Shown one piece after another: positions 18,597-29,726 of a DNA stretch of 54,765 nt. Below the pieces are notes generated by a model, which worked only from the letters and a program-made list of their open reading frames with translations, ran no database searches and was not told where the DNA came from. Position numbers and translations under genes: made by a program. Origin of the DNA: a virus (taxonomy: Duplodnaviria > Caudoviricetes); the IMG/VR virus record IMGVR_UViG_3300025769_000149, positions 1-54,765 of that record. One strand, written 5' to 3'. Position 1 is the stretch's first letter. Every line of letters begins with the position of its first letter.

Positions 18597-19328
18597 ATGG
18601 CAGTAAGTGTAGATACAGTTTATCAAAGAGTTTTAGCTCTTGCTAATAAAGAGCAAAGAGGTTATATTACTCCGCAAGAATTTAACTTGCTAGCCAATCA
18701 GGCTCAATTAAGTATATTTGAGTCTTACTTTTACTCAAGAAACCAAAGAGATAGATTAGAGCCGGACGTTGGTATTGAAACTGACGAGACGGATATATCT
18801 GAACTAATAAGCAAAAAGCTAGGGCCGTTTGTGTCTTTTGAAAACGTAGGTAGTGGTCACACGTATCCTACAGATATAGTCGTAGACGGTGCTTCATATC
18901 CAATTTATCAAACGGGTAGGGTTTTTTATGGTAATGAACTATGTCAGAGAATAAATATAGGTGAAGCAAGAAGATATATAAACTCTACGAGGCATATGCT
19001 AGCGCCATCCACTGCTCCTATATATACAGACAATATAGTTAGTGGTAGAGATATACTAGTATACGCAGGAAGCTCCACGGCACAAACCTCAATGGTAACT
19101 GTTGAGTGTTTTAGAAAACCTGTGACTGTAGAGTGGGCGTATGTAGTAGTTAACGGTAAGGCACTTTACAACGCAAACTTAGCTGTTGATTTCGAATTAC
19201 ACCCGGCTGAAGAGGACACTTTAGTTAACTTGATATTAGAAATGGCAGGTATAATAATTAACAAAGCAGGCATAGCAAACATCGCCAAAGGATTAAAAGG
19301 TGAGGAGCTAGGTCTTCAAGCAGTATAA
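18597..19328 (+). CDS. tail adaptor/ring protein
   Basis: true start ATG 18597 (MAVSVDTVYQRVLALANKEQRGYITPQEFN); adaptor-like helical termini. Confidence 0.7.
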   Translation: MAVSVDTVYQRVLALANKEQRGYITPQEFNLLANQAQLSIFESYFYSRNQRDRLEPDVGIETDETDISELISKKLGPFVSFENVGSGHTYPTDIVVDGASYPIYQTGRVFYGNELCQRINIGEARRYINSTRHMLAPSTAPIYTDNIVSGRDILVYAGSSTAQTSMVTVECFRKPVTVEWAYVVVNGKALYNANLAVDFELHPAEEDTLVNLILEMAGIIINKAGIANIAKGLKGEELGLQAV

Positions 19329-19331
19329 TAA

Positions 19332-20276
19332 ATGGGAATACAAAGAGCAAATCCGTTTACGTATTATGACAACTCAGGGCCAGACTTTGGGAGTTATAGG
19401 TACATACCGTTGAGTGAAATAATAGATTCTTTTTCCGCAACTTATGTGGGTAAAAACAAGATATGTGAAAATGTATCTGCTAATGATATAACATTTCACG
19501 CTATTAGAGCGTTGCAAGAGTTGAGTTATGATACTCTGCGTTGTACAAAAGATTGGGAGGTTGAGATTCCTAGCTCTTTAGTTTTAGTTATGCCCGTAGA
19601 TTACGTTAATTATGTTAAGGTTTCTTGGTCAGATAGTAACGGTATTGAAAGGATACTATATCCTGCACGCAAGACTTCTAACCCATTTGATGTTCAAGAG
19701 TCTGTAGAATCGTGGGGTGGTTTTACTACAGACGGTAGTGGCCAAGATTTAGACAGAACAGCAGCAGATGCTAATGGCAACTACACATCATCAACAGCAG
19801 CAAACTACAACGCACAAGCTACTAGCTCTGATCTAGGTTCTGTTGATTCAGACGATATGGATGATGAATATGGAGAGCTAGTGGGTGGTAGATACGGTAT
19901 CGATCCACAGCACTCACAAGGTAATGGTACTTTTTATATTGACGAAACCCAAGGTAAGTTTCACTTTAGCTCAAACATTAGCGGTAAAACGGTTGTATTA
20001 AGATACATAAGTGATGGTATAGGAACATCTAGCCCTGATTCTCAAACACCGAGTTTAGCTAACAGTATGGTACCTAAACTTGCTGAAGAAGCTATATACC
20101 AACATATACTATTAGGTATTCTGTCTGCAAGAAAAGATTCTCCAGGTCCTTTATTAGCAGAGGTTAAAAAGAGAAGGGCAGCAGAAACTAGAAAAGCTAA
20201 GCTTAGGCTTTCAAATATTAAGCTAGAAGAATTAACTCAAGTACTTAGAGGAGCCTCTAAAATAATTAAGCACTAA
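19332..20276 (+). CDS. tail ring/tubular protein
   Basis: AIRALQELSYD, MPVDYVNYVKV, VVLRYISDG; lies before the nozzle gene. Confidence 0.7.
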   Translation: MGIQRANPFTYYDNSGPDFGSYRYIPLSEIIDSFSATYVGKNKICENVSANDITFHAIRALQELSYDTLRCTKDWEVEIPSSLVLVMPVDYVNYVKVSWSDSNGIERILYPARKTSNPFDVQESVESWGGFTTDGSGQDLDRTAADANGNYTSSTAANYNAQATSSDLGSVDSDDMDDEYGELVGGRYGIDPQHSQGNGTFYIDETQGKFHFSSNISGKTVVLRYISDGIGTSSPDSQTPSLANSMVPKLAEEAIYQHILLGILSARKDSPGPLLAEVKKRRAAETRKAKLRLSNIKLEELTQVLRGASKIIKH

Positions 20277-20279
20277 CAC

Positions 20280-23200
20280 ATGGCAGAATTAAAACGCGGC
20301 TTTGCTGCGGGTAAGATGAACAAGGACTTCGATGAAAGACTTGTACCCGACGGGCAATATAGAGATGCTTTAAACATACAAATAAATACGTCAGATGGAT
20401 CTGATGTTGGTGCTGCTCAGACTTTACGTGGTAACACCAAGCACGACACTATGGTTAGTGGGTCTGGGTATTATGGTATACCTGATACTGCTACAGTGGT
20501 TGGCTCTATAGCTAACGCTGCTACCGATAAAGTATACTACTTTGTAACTGACGGTGCTACTGATATTAAGAAGGATTATATATTAGAGTATGACTTAGTA
20601 ACAGAAAAAATTAAATACGTATTTGTTGATATATGGAAGGTTACAGAGCAAACTGCCGCGGCTAGTTCTTCATCAGATAATTTCCTATATATACCCGTTT
20701 TAACTATTGCCGATGTAACTAGTAGTAATCAAAATATTACTGGTGTTAGGATAGGTATGAAAGTCACTTTCGACTCAGGTTCGTTATCATATAATTTAGA
20801 TGATGACGTACGCGTGTCGGATATTATATTTGACTCTGGTCAAAATAGATATAAAATATACTTAGAGCAAGACGGCGCTTCATTTACTCCTGCTAACGGA
20901 GTGGCTGAAAGCGCTCAAATTAACTTCTTTGGAGGTCAAGTGCTAAACTTTAGCTCTCACGAAGGCGAAAACATTAGCGCTATAAATATAGTTGACGATA
21001 TGATTTATTGGACTGACGGTAGATCAGAACCAAAGAAAATTAATATCACTAGATGTATACTAGGTACAGGAGGTACGGAGTACGCTGTCGGAGGTGGGGT
21101 TGATGGATGGAGCTCAACATCAACTGAAAACACGTGGCAGACATTTCAAGGAGATACTCCTTTTTTCCACACAAGGTTAGTTGAAAAGTTTAATAGCTTC
21201 AATTCCGTGGATGACGACACGAGTATGCCTGAGGACGGTATGTACAGAATAGCGTTCCAGCAAGATAGGAAGAGAGTTGTTTGGATGGACGAAAGTCACG
21301 TTACTGTTATTAAAAAAGCGCCTACCGAGCCATTAAGCCTGGATATGTACAGGTCCAAGGAAAATAGATCTTCTGGTGGTGAAGTTAACCCCGTGCACAC
21401 TGAGCACGATACTTTAAGCTTTATAAATGAAGACACAGAGGAACTGTACGTACCTGGCGATCCGATAGAAGATGTGTATTTCGATTCACCTGTAGACTTT
21501 AGAGAAGGTGACACAATATTATTTGCAAGACAAGAAGATGCGCCTAACGCAACCACATTTGAAGACTATAGCGTAAGATGTTTAGTTACATCAGACGGTG
21601 GCGCAGAGCCTTGGGATTTACAGACTGGACCATTTAATCTTGAAATTCTATCGATATCTTCAAGCTTACTTGCCTCTGACACTAAGTGGTACGTAAGGCT
21701 AGAGGAAGCTGAACCTCTATTTGAATTTAAGTTTCCAAGGTTTTCTTATAGATATAAATACGAAGATGGAGAATATTCTACATTTGCTCCGTGGTCTGAA
21801 ATAGCTTTTCTACCAGGTAGGTTTGAATATCAACCTAAGGAAGGATATAACATAGGTATGACAAATCAAATAAGAAAGCTAGTAATTCGCGATTATATAC
21901 CAGCTGACTTATATATGCCTGAGGATGTTGTAGCTGTAGATATACTTTATAAAGAAACTAACAATCCGACCGTATACAGTGTTAGAACTATAACGCCTGA
22001 AGACGCTGGGAAATTATGGCCAGTTGTTGAGGGTTACTATTACGATAATGACGAACGTGGAGAGTATGTTTTAGAAACTGATCTTATACACGCGGTATTA
22101 CCTTCTAATCAAATACTAAGACCCTGGGATAACGTACCTGTAAATGCTCTTGCGCAAGAAATAACCGCTAATAGACTTGTTTTTGGAAACTACAGATCTG
22201 GTTATGACGTGCGTAAAGAGCCACAGTTTACAGTTGGATATTCAAGTAAAGGTTTAGACAATGTTTATGACGGAGGTGGTAGGCAAATTGCTCGCGAAGA
22301 TTCTGTGGGCAGTGATTTTGCTTGGCCGTCAGTTAAAACAATGCGTACGTATCAAATTGGATTAGTGTGGAGTGATAGATATGGTAGAGAAACACCGGTA
22401 TTAACAGCGCATAAAGCGGGTGATGAGGACACTAACAGCTGGGCGTCAGTGCATGTACCTAAGGAGCATTCTCACTATTCGAATAGGCTTACAGTGCAAC
22501 TTAATTCTGGTAGCTCGTGGGATCCTCCAAACGGCTCAGAAATACCTAGTTGGGCGGAGTTTTACTCTTGGTATGTAAAAGAAACTACCACGGAGTACTA
22601 CAATATGGCTATGGACCGTTGGTACGATGCTGAAGACGGTAATGTGTGGATTTCATTTCCATCTTGTGAAAGAAATAAGATTGACGAAGAGTCTTATATC
22701 ACGCTGAAAAAAGCTCATGGTTCAGATAGAATAGTGCATGATAGAGCTAGATACAAAGTTATAGCTATAGAAAACGAAGCTCCTGATTTTATTAAAGAGC
22801 AAACTAAGAGCTTGGGTATAGTATGGAATAACGCTGATAAGACTGATATAGGTAACTCAACTAGAGGTTATCCATTACAAGATCACACATTCATACTGGT
22901 GGACAGCGGAGCTTTTGAAGACGCTTTTGGAGATACAGAAACGTGGATAAGTTATCCAGACAAAATGACCGTAAGATTACTAGGCGCGGGTCAAGTATCT
23001 GAAGAATACCTAGTAACTAATCTAGCAAAAATAGGTAGTGATTATAAAATAAAAATAGAAGGCAAGTTTGAGGACGACGCAGGATTCGCGTCTACAGACG
23101 ACACTTGGTCAGGTAGAATAGTTGGTTTAGGTGTTGAACTGTTGGAGAAAAAAATAGAAAATAAACCTGAGTATGTAGGTAGGTTTTTTGTTAAAATAAG

Positions 23201-26200
23201 AAGAGATCACGTTTTACAACAATACGTTTTATCAGCCAATCAAGAAGCGGACTATATAGTTAAAGCTAGCTGGCAACTTAGGTATCTTTGCAATAATGGA
23301 TATGGAAACGCATACTGGGCCGAAGATAGCCCAGGTTACCAACAAATTTACCCAATACCTGAAGACGCAAAAGAGTGGGGTTTTTCACCGTCTTACGCAA
23401 CTAACGCTCAACACGTTTACCACGACGACGGCGGGGACTTTAGAGTCTATGACTGGTGGTGTACAACCGGTGCTCAAGTAAGAGAGTTTGATAACGTGCT
23501 TGGGGAAAGCGCCGCTAAACACCCTACCCAATATTCTCATCATGGAAACTACTGGTGGGCTGATCAATCAGAAGGCAGCGTACCAGGAAATAACGCGCAC
23601 GGAGAACTCAAAAACAAGCACATGCACATGAGTCCAATATTATCAATAAATGATGGTAATGCTGATGGTGATCAAGCTGATGAGTTTTGGCTGCATATGG
23701 CAGGTAAGCAAGATTTCTTTATTGACGCTTGCACCGCTTTTTCATGGGAGGGTCATAAAACTCCTGGCGGTTATTTTGGAGGTAACATATTTGTAGATGG
23801 CGGAGGTAGTAACTATCCATCTACTTGGAGTAATGCCGACGTGGCTAACGACAAAGAGGAAGGCGCTCCGGACTGGGAGGGGCACGACACGTGTTTTGCA
23901 AATATGAAAAAAGACCATGGTATGCCTAGTAGAGGTATATGGAACGGTGGTAGTTGCATAGATATATCGTGGACTGGTATGGGTGAAGGTTATGACGGTA
24001 GTAATTGGAGTGACAAACCTTTCCCACAAAGACTTCAAGATGTTGGTGGGGATATATACGAAGCTGCTGCAAGGTTTATAGAGTTATTAGCTACACCAGG
24101 TACTATGTGGAGATTCCAAAAAGATCCTGACGAAGTAGTTTATACAAGCGAAGACTTTGCTAACTACCCTACTTTTGGATACCCTGCTCCTGGTACTGCT
24201 AATTCGTTTTTTAAATCAGGAACTAATTACTTAAGTGGCGCGTTTGGTATTCGTAATTGGAGTACTGCGGGTAGTGATAAAAAACAATATTACGGTCATA
24301 ATATAAGACAGCGTTGGACTATTATGGTTACACCGGAAATAGGTAGTGGTCCTAGTGGGTATATGCCTACTACGGGTACAAACGCCAATGCTGAGACTCA
24401 AGTACCAGCATTAAAGCACGATGCTTGGGACGCGGATGTTATAGAGATAGTAGAGAGGTATTATGATCCTGAGTCTGGTAAGCATTTCTCTAAAAACCCT
24501 GCTATATGGGAGACAGAGCCAAAAGAAGATGTAGAGTTAGACATATACTGGGAGGCTAGTCCAAAATGTCCTTTGTACCTAACACCAGAGACAAAAGAAA
24601 ACTTTGTACAGCGAGGAGATACATTTGTAAAGCACACGGACATAAACAATCCAGAAGCTCAAGTTTACAAGGTGTTAAGATGGAGTAATGGAAGCGCCGA
24701 CTCTCATACATTTGATTTTACAACAATAGAAAATTGGCCTAGTGGTCCAAGCTCGCAATATGGTTTAACCGAGGGAATGTCGAAAATAGCTCTTACTAGA
24801 AGAGGTAGGTACACGCGAATATTAGACATTAACACAGCTTCAGCGAATGATACGAGTATCACGCTACGCTCTACTGGCTCTACTTGGGACGATATACAAT
24901 ACAACCCTATATATAGTAAACAATATTTAGACTGGAGTAATTGTTGGAGCTTTGGTAATGGCGTAGAGTCGGACAGGATTAGAGATGATTTTAATCAGCC
25001 TCAATTAGACAATGGTGTTAAGGCCTCTGCCACTATAGCCGAACCTATTAGACGAGAAAATAAGAAAAACGGTTTAATATGGTCTGGTATGTATAACGAT
25101 ACAGCCAATGTAAACAACTTAAACCAGTTTATCGCAGGCGAGAACATAACGAAAGACTTGAACCCTGCACACGGTAGTATTCAGGCTCTTGTAAATAGAG
25201 AAACTCGCGTAGCTATATTCTGTGAAGACCGAGTACTTAGAGCAGAGACAAATAGAGACTTGTTGTATAATGCGGATGGTAATCCACAAGTCGTAGCAAG
25301 TAACGCGGTTATAGGTGATGTAGTTGCTTACCAAGGTAACTACGGTATATCTGATAATCCTGAATCGTTAGCCGTAACTCCATACAGGTGTTTTTTCACT
25401 GATAGACGCAGAGGAGTAGTATTACAACTCACAACAGAGGGTATAACGCCTATATCAAGCCAAGGTATGATAGATTATTTTGGTGATATATTTGACGAAG
25501 ATGTATATCAATGCTTAGGCTTATATGACGAAAATAAAAAAGAGTATAACCTATCTATAAAAAAGAAGTACTCAGGTTACAATCACCACCCGGGTACCAG
25601 TGCTTTTTCAAGCACTACATTAGCTTGGTCTGAAATGGCTAGTGGCTGGGCAAGTTTTAGATCGTATGTACCAGAAGACGGCGTAACTATAAACAATAAG
25701 TTCTTTACGTTTTACAATGGTCACGTATGGAAGCATCATGCTGAAACCGCTGAAGATAGTACTACTGTACCTAGAAATAATTTCTATGGAACTCAGTATA
25801 CTTCTAATATCACAATACCGTTTAACGCAGAGCCCGAGTCTGTTAAAGGGTTTACAGCCATAAACTATGAGGGTTCTATCGCGAAGATAACTAACTTTGA
25901 TACAGAAGATGCACATGCTGAAGGTACTACAAATGATAACTGGCTTACTGGAGTATATAGCTCTAACAATGGTATTGAAGCCGGCAGAACAGTTACTGAC
26001 GGTGAATACTATAATATAGAAGACACTGTAAATGGGTGGTATGTAGAAAGCATAAACACGAACTTACAAGAGTGCGGTACGATAGAGTTTAAAAACAAAG
26101 AGGGTAAATACTACGGTCAAATAGCTGGTGTTACAACTACTTTAGGTAATCTTGACGAAAGGGAGTTTAGCGTGCAAGGTTTAGGTAGCGCAACAATACT

Positions 26201-28727
26201 ACATAGCAACCCTAGTCTTGGAGCATCAGGTGCTATAACCGTTGCAAATAATACTTCTACCACATACGAAGGCTCTGACGGATCTGGAGGGGCGTGGGAT
26301 TCTACTGCGGATAGCGGTAACTGGACTGTAACTTCAAATACTTTTGACGCTACAATAGGTGTAGCAGAATCAGCTCAGCAAGTTGACTTAACGATAACAG
26401 GTTCTACTTCAGATGGAATACTTGTACAAGCAAGTAATTTTAAAATCGGTGGTGCTACTGAAAGCCCTACAAACACTTGGACTGGTGGCAATGTAGATTC
26501 ACCTATTGCTAAAGTCGTGTTTAGCGATAATGGAGATCCAGTTAACGACGCTCCGAATAACACTGTAAATGCTAAGGTTTATTTAGACGCGTACACACCT
26601 GCTAATTTAAACACACTTTACGTTGATATTGACGAAGGCACTAGACCACCTTCTGCTACAGAAGATAGAGTTGCTTGTTTTAAAGTTATTACTCCATATA
26701 CATATCACGATTCAATTAATTCTAATCAAACAATAACTGTTGAAAATATAACTGATCCAGTTATAACAGAAACTGTTCAGAACGATGGTACGGCAGCTAT
26801 ACAAGCAGGTCTTACGTCTGGAGGTCAAGGTCACTATATAACTGTTCACCAAAGTGAGGTTGTTCAAAGTGATACTACGAATTTGTTAGCTAAATATACA
26901 TTTACGGCAGCTACAAATTACTACTACAGTAATAACATGTCTGTAGATGATTATGTTTCCGCTAACTACAATCCGGGACAAGCCTTTCCTTATGACGAAT
27001 ATTATTCAACCGATATTGAAAAGACTTTTGACGCTGATGGTAATGTAAGTTCTTTTATCGTAAGAGTTTACTATCATCCGCCAAATATACCTGAGTTATA
27101 CCCAGATCCAGCTCTTAGTGATTTTTGTAAAATGAATCATCACTTTATTATTAACTACAATTTAAGAACTAAAGTAGGTTCGGTTGTAGTGGAAGAGGAA
27201 CCAACCTTACAGGGTGTTTCTATGCCGGTTTCTGCCCTGCCGTACAATGGAGGAGAGTATCCTATTATTGTTAAGGGAACTAAGGATACTGATTATAATA
27301 TACGTATTGTACAGACAACCAGCACTAGCAGTGGAATCCCAGCAACAAGTGGTTATTACGACTGGGTGGCTAAGCGTTTTACTACTGAAAAAACAAAAGA
27401 CGAAAATCTTCAGTCGAATAAGTTAGATAAAACTAGAAAAGCCATACACAGAGTTAGTTTTCCACAAGTAACTTCAGACACTAGATACGATATATATATT
27501 GAGAAAGTTAACTTAACAACTGGTAAGATTTCTAAGTTAAACTCAAGAGTACCTATTAAAGCGGGTGACTTAAGTATTACGCAATACGGTGTTAATACAC
27601 TTACGCTAGCATGTACACCACAAGCGCCGTCTAGTTCAGACTATACAACAGCTAACCTGTCAGATGGCTCGGCAACAAACAAAGTGGTAAAACGCCCTAA
27701 GAGGTTTGACGGCGATCTTTACACAAGCGTTAAATATAGGCAAATTGACGTAGCGACAGACGAGGCGTCTTCTAATTCAACCAGATTACTTTTAGAAAAG
27801 TCTAGACAGCTTAATTACATTAAAAGAGGTTATTACGCTATAGGAGAAGGTATACCTCATTTAACTAAAGTTGATAGCATAATAGATCGCGTTGTAACTC
27901 TTAGCGCCGCTGCTACTGTACCTATTTACACGGAGGTAAAGTTTGTAAAAGATTGTCCATCTATTATTCCTTTTGAGTTTAAGGTTACACCATCTAGTAA
28001 TGTACTGTTTGTAAAAGATAAAGAGCGTACAGTGAATCAAGCTAACGCAACTACAAACAAAATAATATTTGACCAAGAAAACTACGTTAGTGACTCTGAT
28101 CAAATACGTGTTGGCGACTTAGTACATGATAGCGACGGTACTCTACATGGTACTGTTACCGCTTTAAACCCTGATAGTGATAACACAAAAGAAATACAAA
28201 TTAGCGCTAGTGCAGCAATTACTAATAACGAAACACTTTACATAAGTACTAAAAACCGAATTGAGTGGCAAGACAGGTTTGTAGGGTTTTCAAAATGGGC
28301 GAGAGCGAAAGCTAATGGAGCTCACGTGTCGGCTGACGGTAATACACTAGACGTTGATAGCTCTAGAGGTGTTCAAATAGCTGATATACTAATAGACCCA
28401 GAAACAGTTGGTAGACCACTTACGACCACCGACGGCTCGCCTAAAATGGTACAATTAGGTCTAGTAACAGCGGTAACAGATACACAGATAACAGTATCTA
28501 ACTTAGGTACGGCTCTAAGTCAAGACGCATACCCAAGTTCTTCAATAGCCGATGATCAAGAGTTATTATTTTACCGAGCTTTAGCACAAACAAGCGCACG
28601 TCCTGTATACATGACGGCTGAAAAAGTAGGTAACGACATTATTATTTCAGGTTATTTACGAGTATCAGACGTAGATAAAACCAGTACAATTGGAGTTTAT
28701 ATAGACGATATAATTACAGCAGTTTAA
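20280..28727 (+). CDS. large tail nozzle/stabilisation (muzzle-like) protein with beta-rich insertions
   Basis: N-terminus GKMNKDFDERLVPDGQYRDALNI; FGNGVESDRIRDDFN, YGISDNPES, FKNKEGKYY; 2815 aa. Confidence 0.8.
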   Translation: MAELKRGFAAGKMNKDFDERLVPDGQYRDALNIQINTSDGSDVGAAQTLRGNTKHDTMVSGSGYYGIPDTATVVGSIANAATDKVYYFVTDGATDIKKDYILEYDLVTEKIKYVFVDIWKVTEQTAAASSSSDNFLYIPVLTIADVTSSNQNITGVRIGMKVTFDSGSLSYNLDDDVRVSDIIFDSGQNRYKIYLEQDGASFTPANGVAESAQINFFGGQVLNFSSHEGENISAINIVDDMIYWTDGRSEPKKINITRCILGTGGTEYAVGGGVDGWSSTSTENTWQTFQGDTPFFHTRLVEKFNSFNSVDDDTSMPEDGMYRIAFQQDRKRVVWMDESHVTVIKKAPTEPLSLDMYRSKENRSSGGEVNPVHTEHDTLSFINEDTEELYVPGDPIEDVYFDSPVDFREGDTILFARQEDAPNATTFEDYSVRCLVTSDGGAEPWDLQTGPFNLEILSISSSLLASDTKWYVRLEEAEPLFEFKFPRFSYRYKYEDGEYSTFAPWSEIAFLPGRFEYQPKEGYNIGMTNQIRKLVIRDYIPADLYMPEDVVAVDILYKETNNPTVYSVRTITPEDAGKLWPVVEGYYYDNDERGEYVLETDLIHAVLPSNQILRPWDNVPVNALAQEITANRLVFGNYRSGYDVRKEPQFTVGYSSKGLDNVYDGGGRQIAREDSVGSDFAWPSVKTMRTYQIGLVWSDRYGRETPVLTAHKAGDEDTNSWASVHVPKEHSHYSNRLTVQLNSGSSWDPPNGSEIPSWAEFYSWYVKETTTEYYNMAMDRWYDAEDGNVWISFPSCERNKIDEESYITLKKAHGSDRIVHDRARYKVIAIENEAPDFIKEQTKSLGIVWNNADKTDIGNSTRGYPLQDHTFILVDSGAFEDAFGDTETWISYPDKMTVRLLGAGQVSEEYLVTNLAKIGSDYKIKIEGKFEDDAGFASTDDTWSGRIVGLGVELLEKKIENKPEYVGRFFVKIRRDHVLQQYVLSANQEADYIVKASWQLRYLCNNGYGNAYWAEDSPGYQQIYPIPEDAKEWGFSPSYATNAQHVYHDDGGDFRVYDWWCTTGAQVREFDNVLGESAAKHPTQYSHHGNYWWADQSEGSVPGNNAHGELKNKHMHMSPILSINDGNADGDQADEFWLHMAGKQDFFIDACTAFSWEGHKTPGGYFGGNIFVDGGGSNYPSTWSNADVANDKEEGAPDWEGHDTCFANMKKDHGMPSRGIWNGGSCIDISWTGMGEGYDGSNWSDKPFPQRLQDVGGDIYEAAARFIELLATPGTMWRFQKDPDEVVYTSEDFANYPTFGYPAPGTANSFFKSGTNYLSGAFGIRNWSTAGSDKKQYYGHNIRQRWTIMVTPEIGSGPSGYMPTTGTNANAETQVPALKHDAWDADVIEIVERYYDPESGKHFSKNPAIWETEPKEDVELDIYWEASPKCPLYLTPETKENFVQRGDTFVKHTDINNPEAQVYKVLRWSNGSADSHTFDFTTIENWPSGPSSQYGLTEGMSKIALTRRGRYTRILDINTASANDTSITLRSTGSTWDDIQYNPIYSKQYLDWSNCWSFGNGVESDRIRDDFNQPQLDNGVKASATIAEPIRRENKKNGLIWSGMYNDTANVNNLNQFIAGENITKDLNPAHGSIQALVNRETRVAIFCEDRVLRAETNRDLLYNADGNPQVVASNAVIGDVVAYQGNYGISDNPESLAVTPYRCFFTDRRRGVVLQLTTEGITPISSQGMIDYFGDIFDEDVYQCLGLYDENKKEYNLSIKKKYSGYNHHPGTSAFSSTTLAWSEMASGWASFRSYVPEDGVTINNKFFTFYNGHVWKHHAETAEDSTTVPRNNFYGTQYTSNITIPFNAEPESVKGFTAINYEGSIAKITNFDTEDAHAEGTTNDNWLTGVYSSNNGIEAGRTVTDGEYYNIEDTVNGWYVESINTNLQECGTIEFKNKEGKYYGQIAGVTTTLGNLDEREFSVQGLGSATILHSNPSLGASGAITVANNTSTTYEGSDGSGGAWDSTADSGNWTVTSNTFDATIGVAESAQQVDLTITGSTSDGILVQASNFKIGGATESPTNTWTGGNVDSPIAKVVFSDNGDPVNDAPNNTVNAKVYLDAYTPANLNTLYVDIDEGTRPPSATEDRVACFKVITPYTYHDSINSNQTITVENITDPVITETVQNDGTAAIQAGLTSGGQGHYITVHQSEVVQSDTTNLLAKYTFTAATNYYYSNNMSVDDYVSANYNPGQAFPYDEYYSTDIEKTFDADGNVSSFIVRVYYHPPNIPELYPDPALSDFCKMNHHFIINYNLRTKVGSVVVEEEPTLQGVSMPVSALPYNGGEYPIIVKGTKDTDYNIRIVQTTSTSSGIPATSGYYDWVAKRFTTEKTKDENLQSNKLDKTRKAIHRVSFPQVTSDTRYDIYIEKVNLTTGKISKLNSRVPIKAGDLSITQYGVNTLTLACTPQAPSSSDYTTANLSDGSATNKVVKRPKRFDGDLYTSVKYRQIDVATDEASSNSTRLLLEKSRQLNYIKRGYYAIGEGIPHLTKVDSIIDRVVTLSAAATVPIYTEVKFVKDCPSIIPFEFKVTPSSNVLFVKDKERTVNQANATTNKIIFDQENYVSDSDQIRVGDLVHDSDGTLHGTVTALNPDSDNTKEIQISASAAITNNETLYISTKNRIEWQDRFVGFSKWARAKANGAHVSADGNTLDVDSSRGVQIADILIDPETVGRPLTTTDGSPKMVQLGLVTAVTDTQITVSNLGTALSQDAYPSSSIADDQELLFYRALAQTSARPVYMTAEKVGNDIIISGYLRVSDVDKTSTIGVYIDDIITAV

Positions 28728-28728
28728 C

Positions 28729-29103
28729 ATGCCATCAATAACACTAACATTCTCAGCACCATTAAATGTATCTTGCCAAGTAGGTGATACAGCATACTAT
28801 GTTGATACCACTGCAGACGGTGGGTTCACAAAGAACAGCGCGGCTGTGGTAGAAATAGGTCAAATAAGACAGATTACTAACGGGCAAAGTACTAGCCCTC
28901 AAGTTATATGTGAAACTACAGCTCCTGGATCTTTAAATGGTACTACTAAATTTATATTATTTAGTAAGGATAACAAAGCTAATCTAAGTTCTATATTAGG
29001 TTATTATGCAGACATTAAGATGGTAAATGACTCTACGACTGAAGCTGAGTTGTTTAGCACGGCTGTTGAAGTGTTTAGTAGCAGCGGTACGCCACCTATG
29101 TAA
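28729..29103 (+). CDS. tail protein resembling a nozzle C-terminal module
   Basis: FSKDNKANLSSILGYYA...AELFS; 1 nt after the nozzle stop. Confidence 0.65.
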   Translation: MPSITLTFSAPLNVSCQVGDTAYYVDTTADGGFTKNSAAVVEIGQIRQITNGQSTSPQVICETTAPGSLNGTTKFILFSKDNKANLSSILGYYADIKMVNDSTTEAELFSTAVEVFSSSGTPPM

Positions 29104-29106
29104 ACA

Positions 29107-29139
29107 AGTAAATAAACACTAAAAAGTGTAACTATACCT
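29107..29139 (+). promoter_or_regulatory. candidate phage promoter AGTAA-N14-GTGTRAY, copy 3
   Basis: AGTAA 29107-29111 and GTGTAAC 29126-29132, ahead of the ejection-protein operon. Confidence 0.6.
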
Positions 29140-29159
29140 ATGTAATATAATTAAATACA

Positions 29160-29726
29160 ATGGGTAAAGAAGTCGATAATAGTGCACGCAATCAATTACT
29201 TGCAAAGCAAAACTACACGTTAGAAGATATAAATAGGATCGAGGACTTTAGAGAATCACTATTAAATTTTGAGAAACAGCTAGTTAACGTTGAGGGTTCT
29301 TATGGTAAAGCATCAGAATCTGGCTCAAAAGCTGGTCTTGATGAAGTCGCAAATAAAACTAACCCATTAGTTCATACTTTTGGTGATGGTTTTTATATGA
29401 GAAATATATCAATGCCTAAAGGGCAATTAATTACAACTGGAATTCATAAAAAAGAGCATCCGTTCTTTGTAATGAAAGGAGATGTATCTGTGTTAACTGA
29501 AGATGGTGTGCATAGAATTAAAGCCCCTTATAACGGTATAACTCAACCCGGAACAAAAAGACTTATATACACACACGAAGATACAGTGTGGATAACCGTC
29601 CATATAACGGACGCTAAAACAATAGATGAAGTACACGACGACGTAATGGCTGAGGATTTTAATGATCCAGCTGTTAGTCTAGAAAAAGCTAAAGAAATGT
29701 TACAAATTAAATCAGATAAATCATGA
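29160..29726 (+). CDS. cupin-fold protein
   Basis: HTFGDGFYMRNISMPKG...GIHKKEHPFFVMKG...PGTKR cupin pattern. Confidence 0.65.
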   Translation: MGKEVDNSARNQLLAKQNYTLEDINRIEDFRESLLNFEKQLVNVEGSYGKASESGSKAGLDEVANKTNPLVHTFGDGFYMRNISMPKGQLITTGIHKKEHPFFVMKGDVSVLTEDGVHRIKAPYNGITQPGTKRLIYTHEDTVWITVHITDAKTIDEVHDDVMAEDFNDPAVSLEKAKEMLQIKSDKS

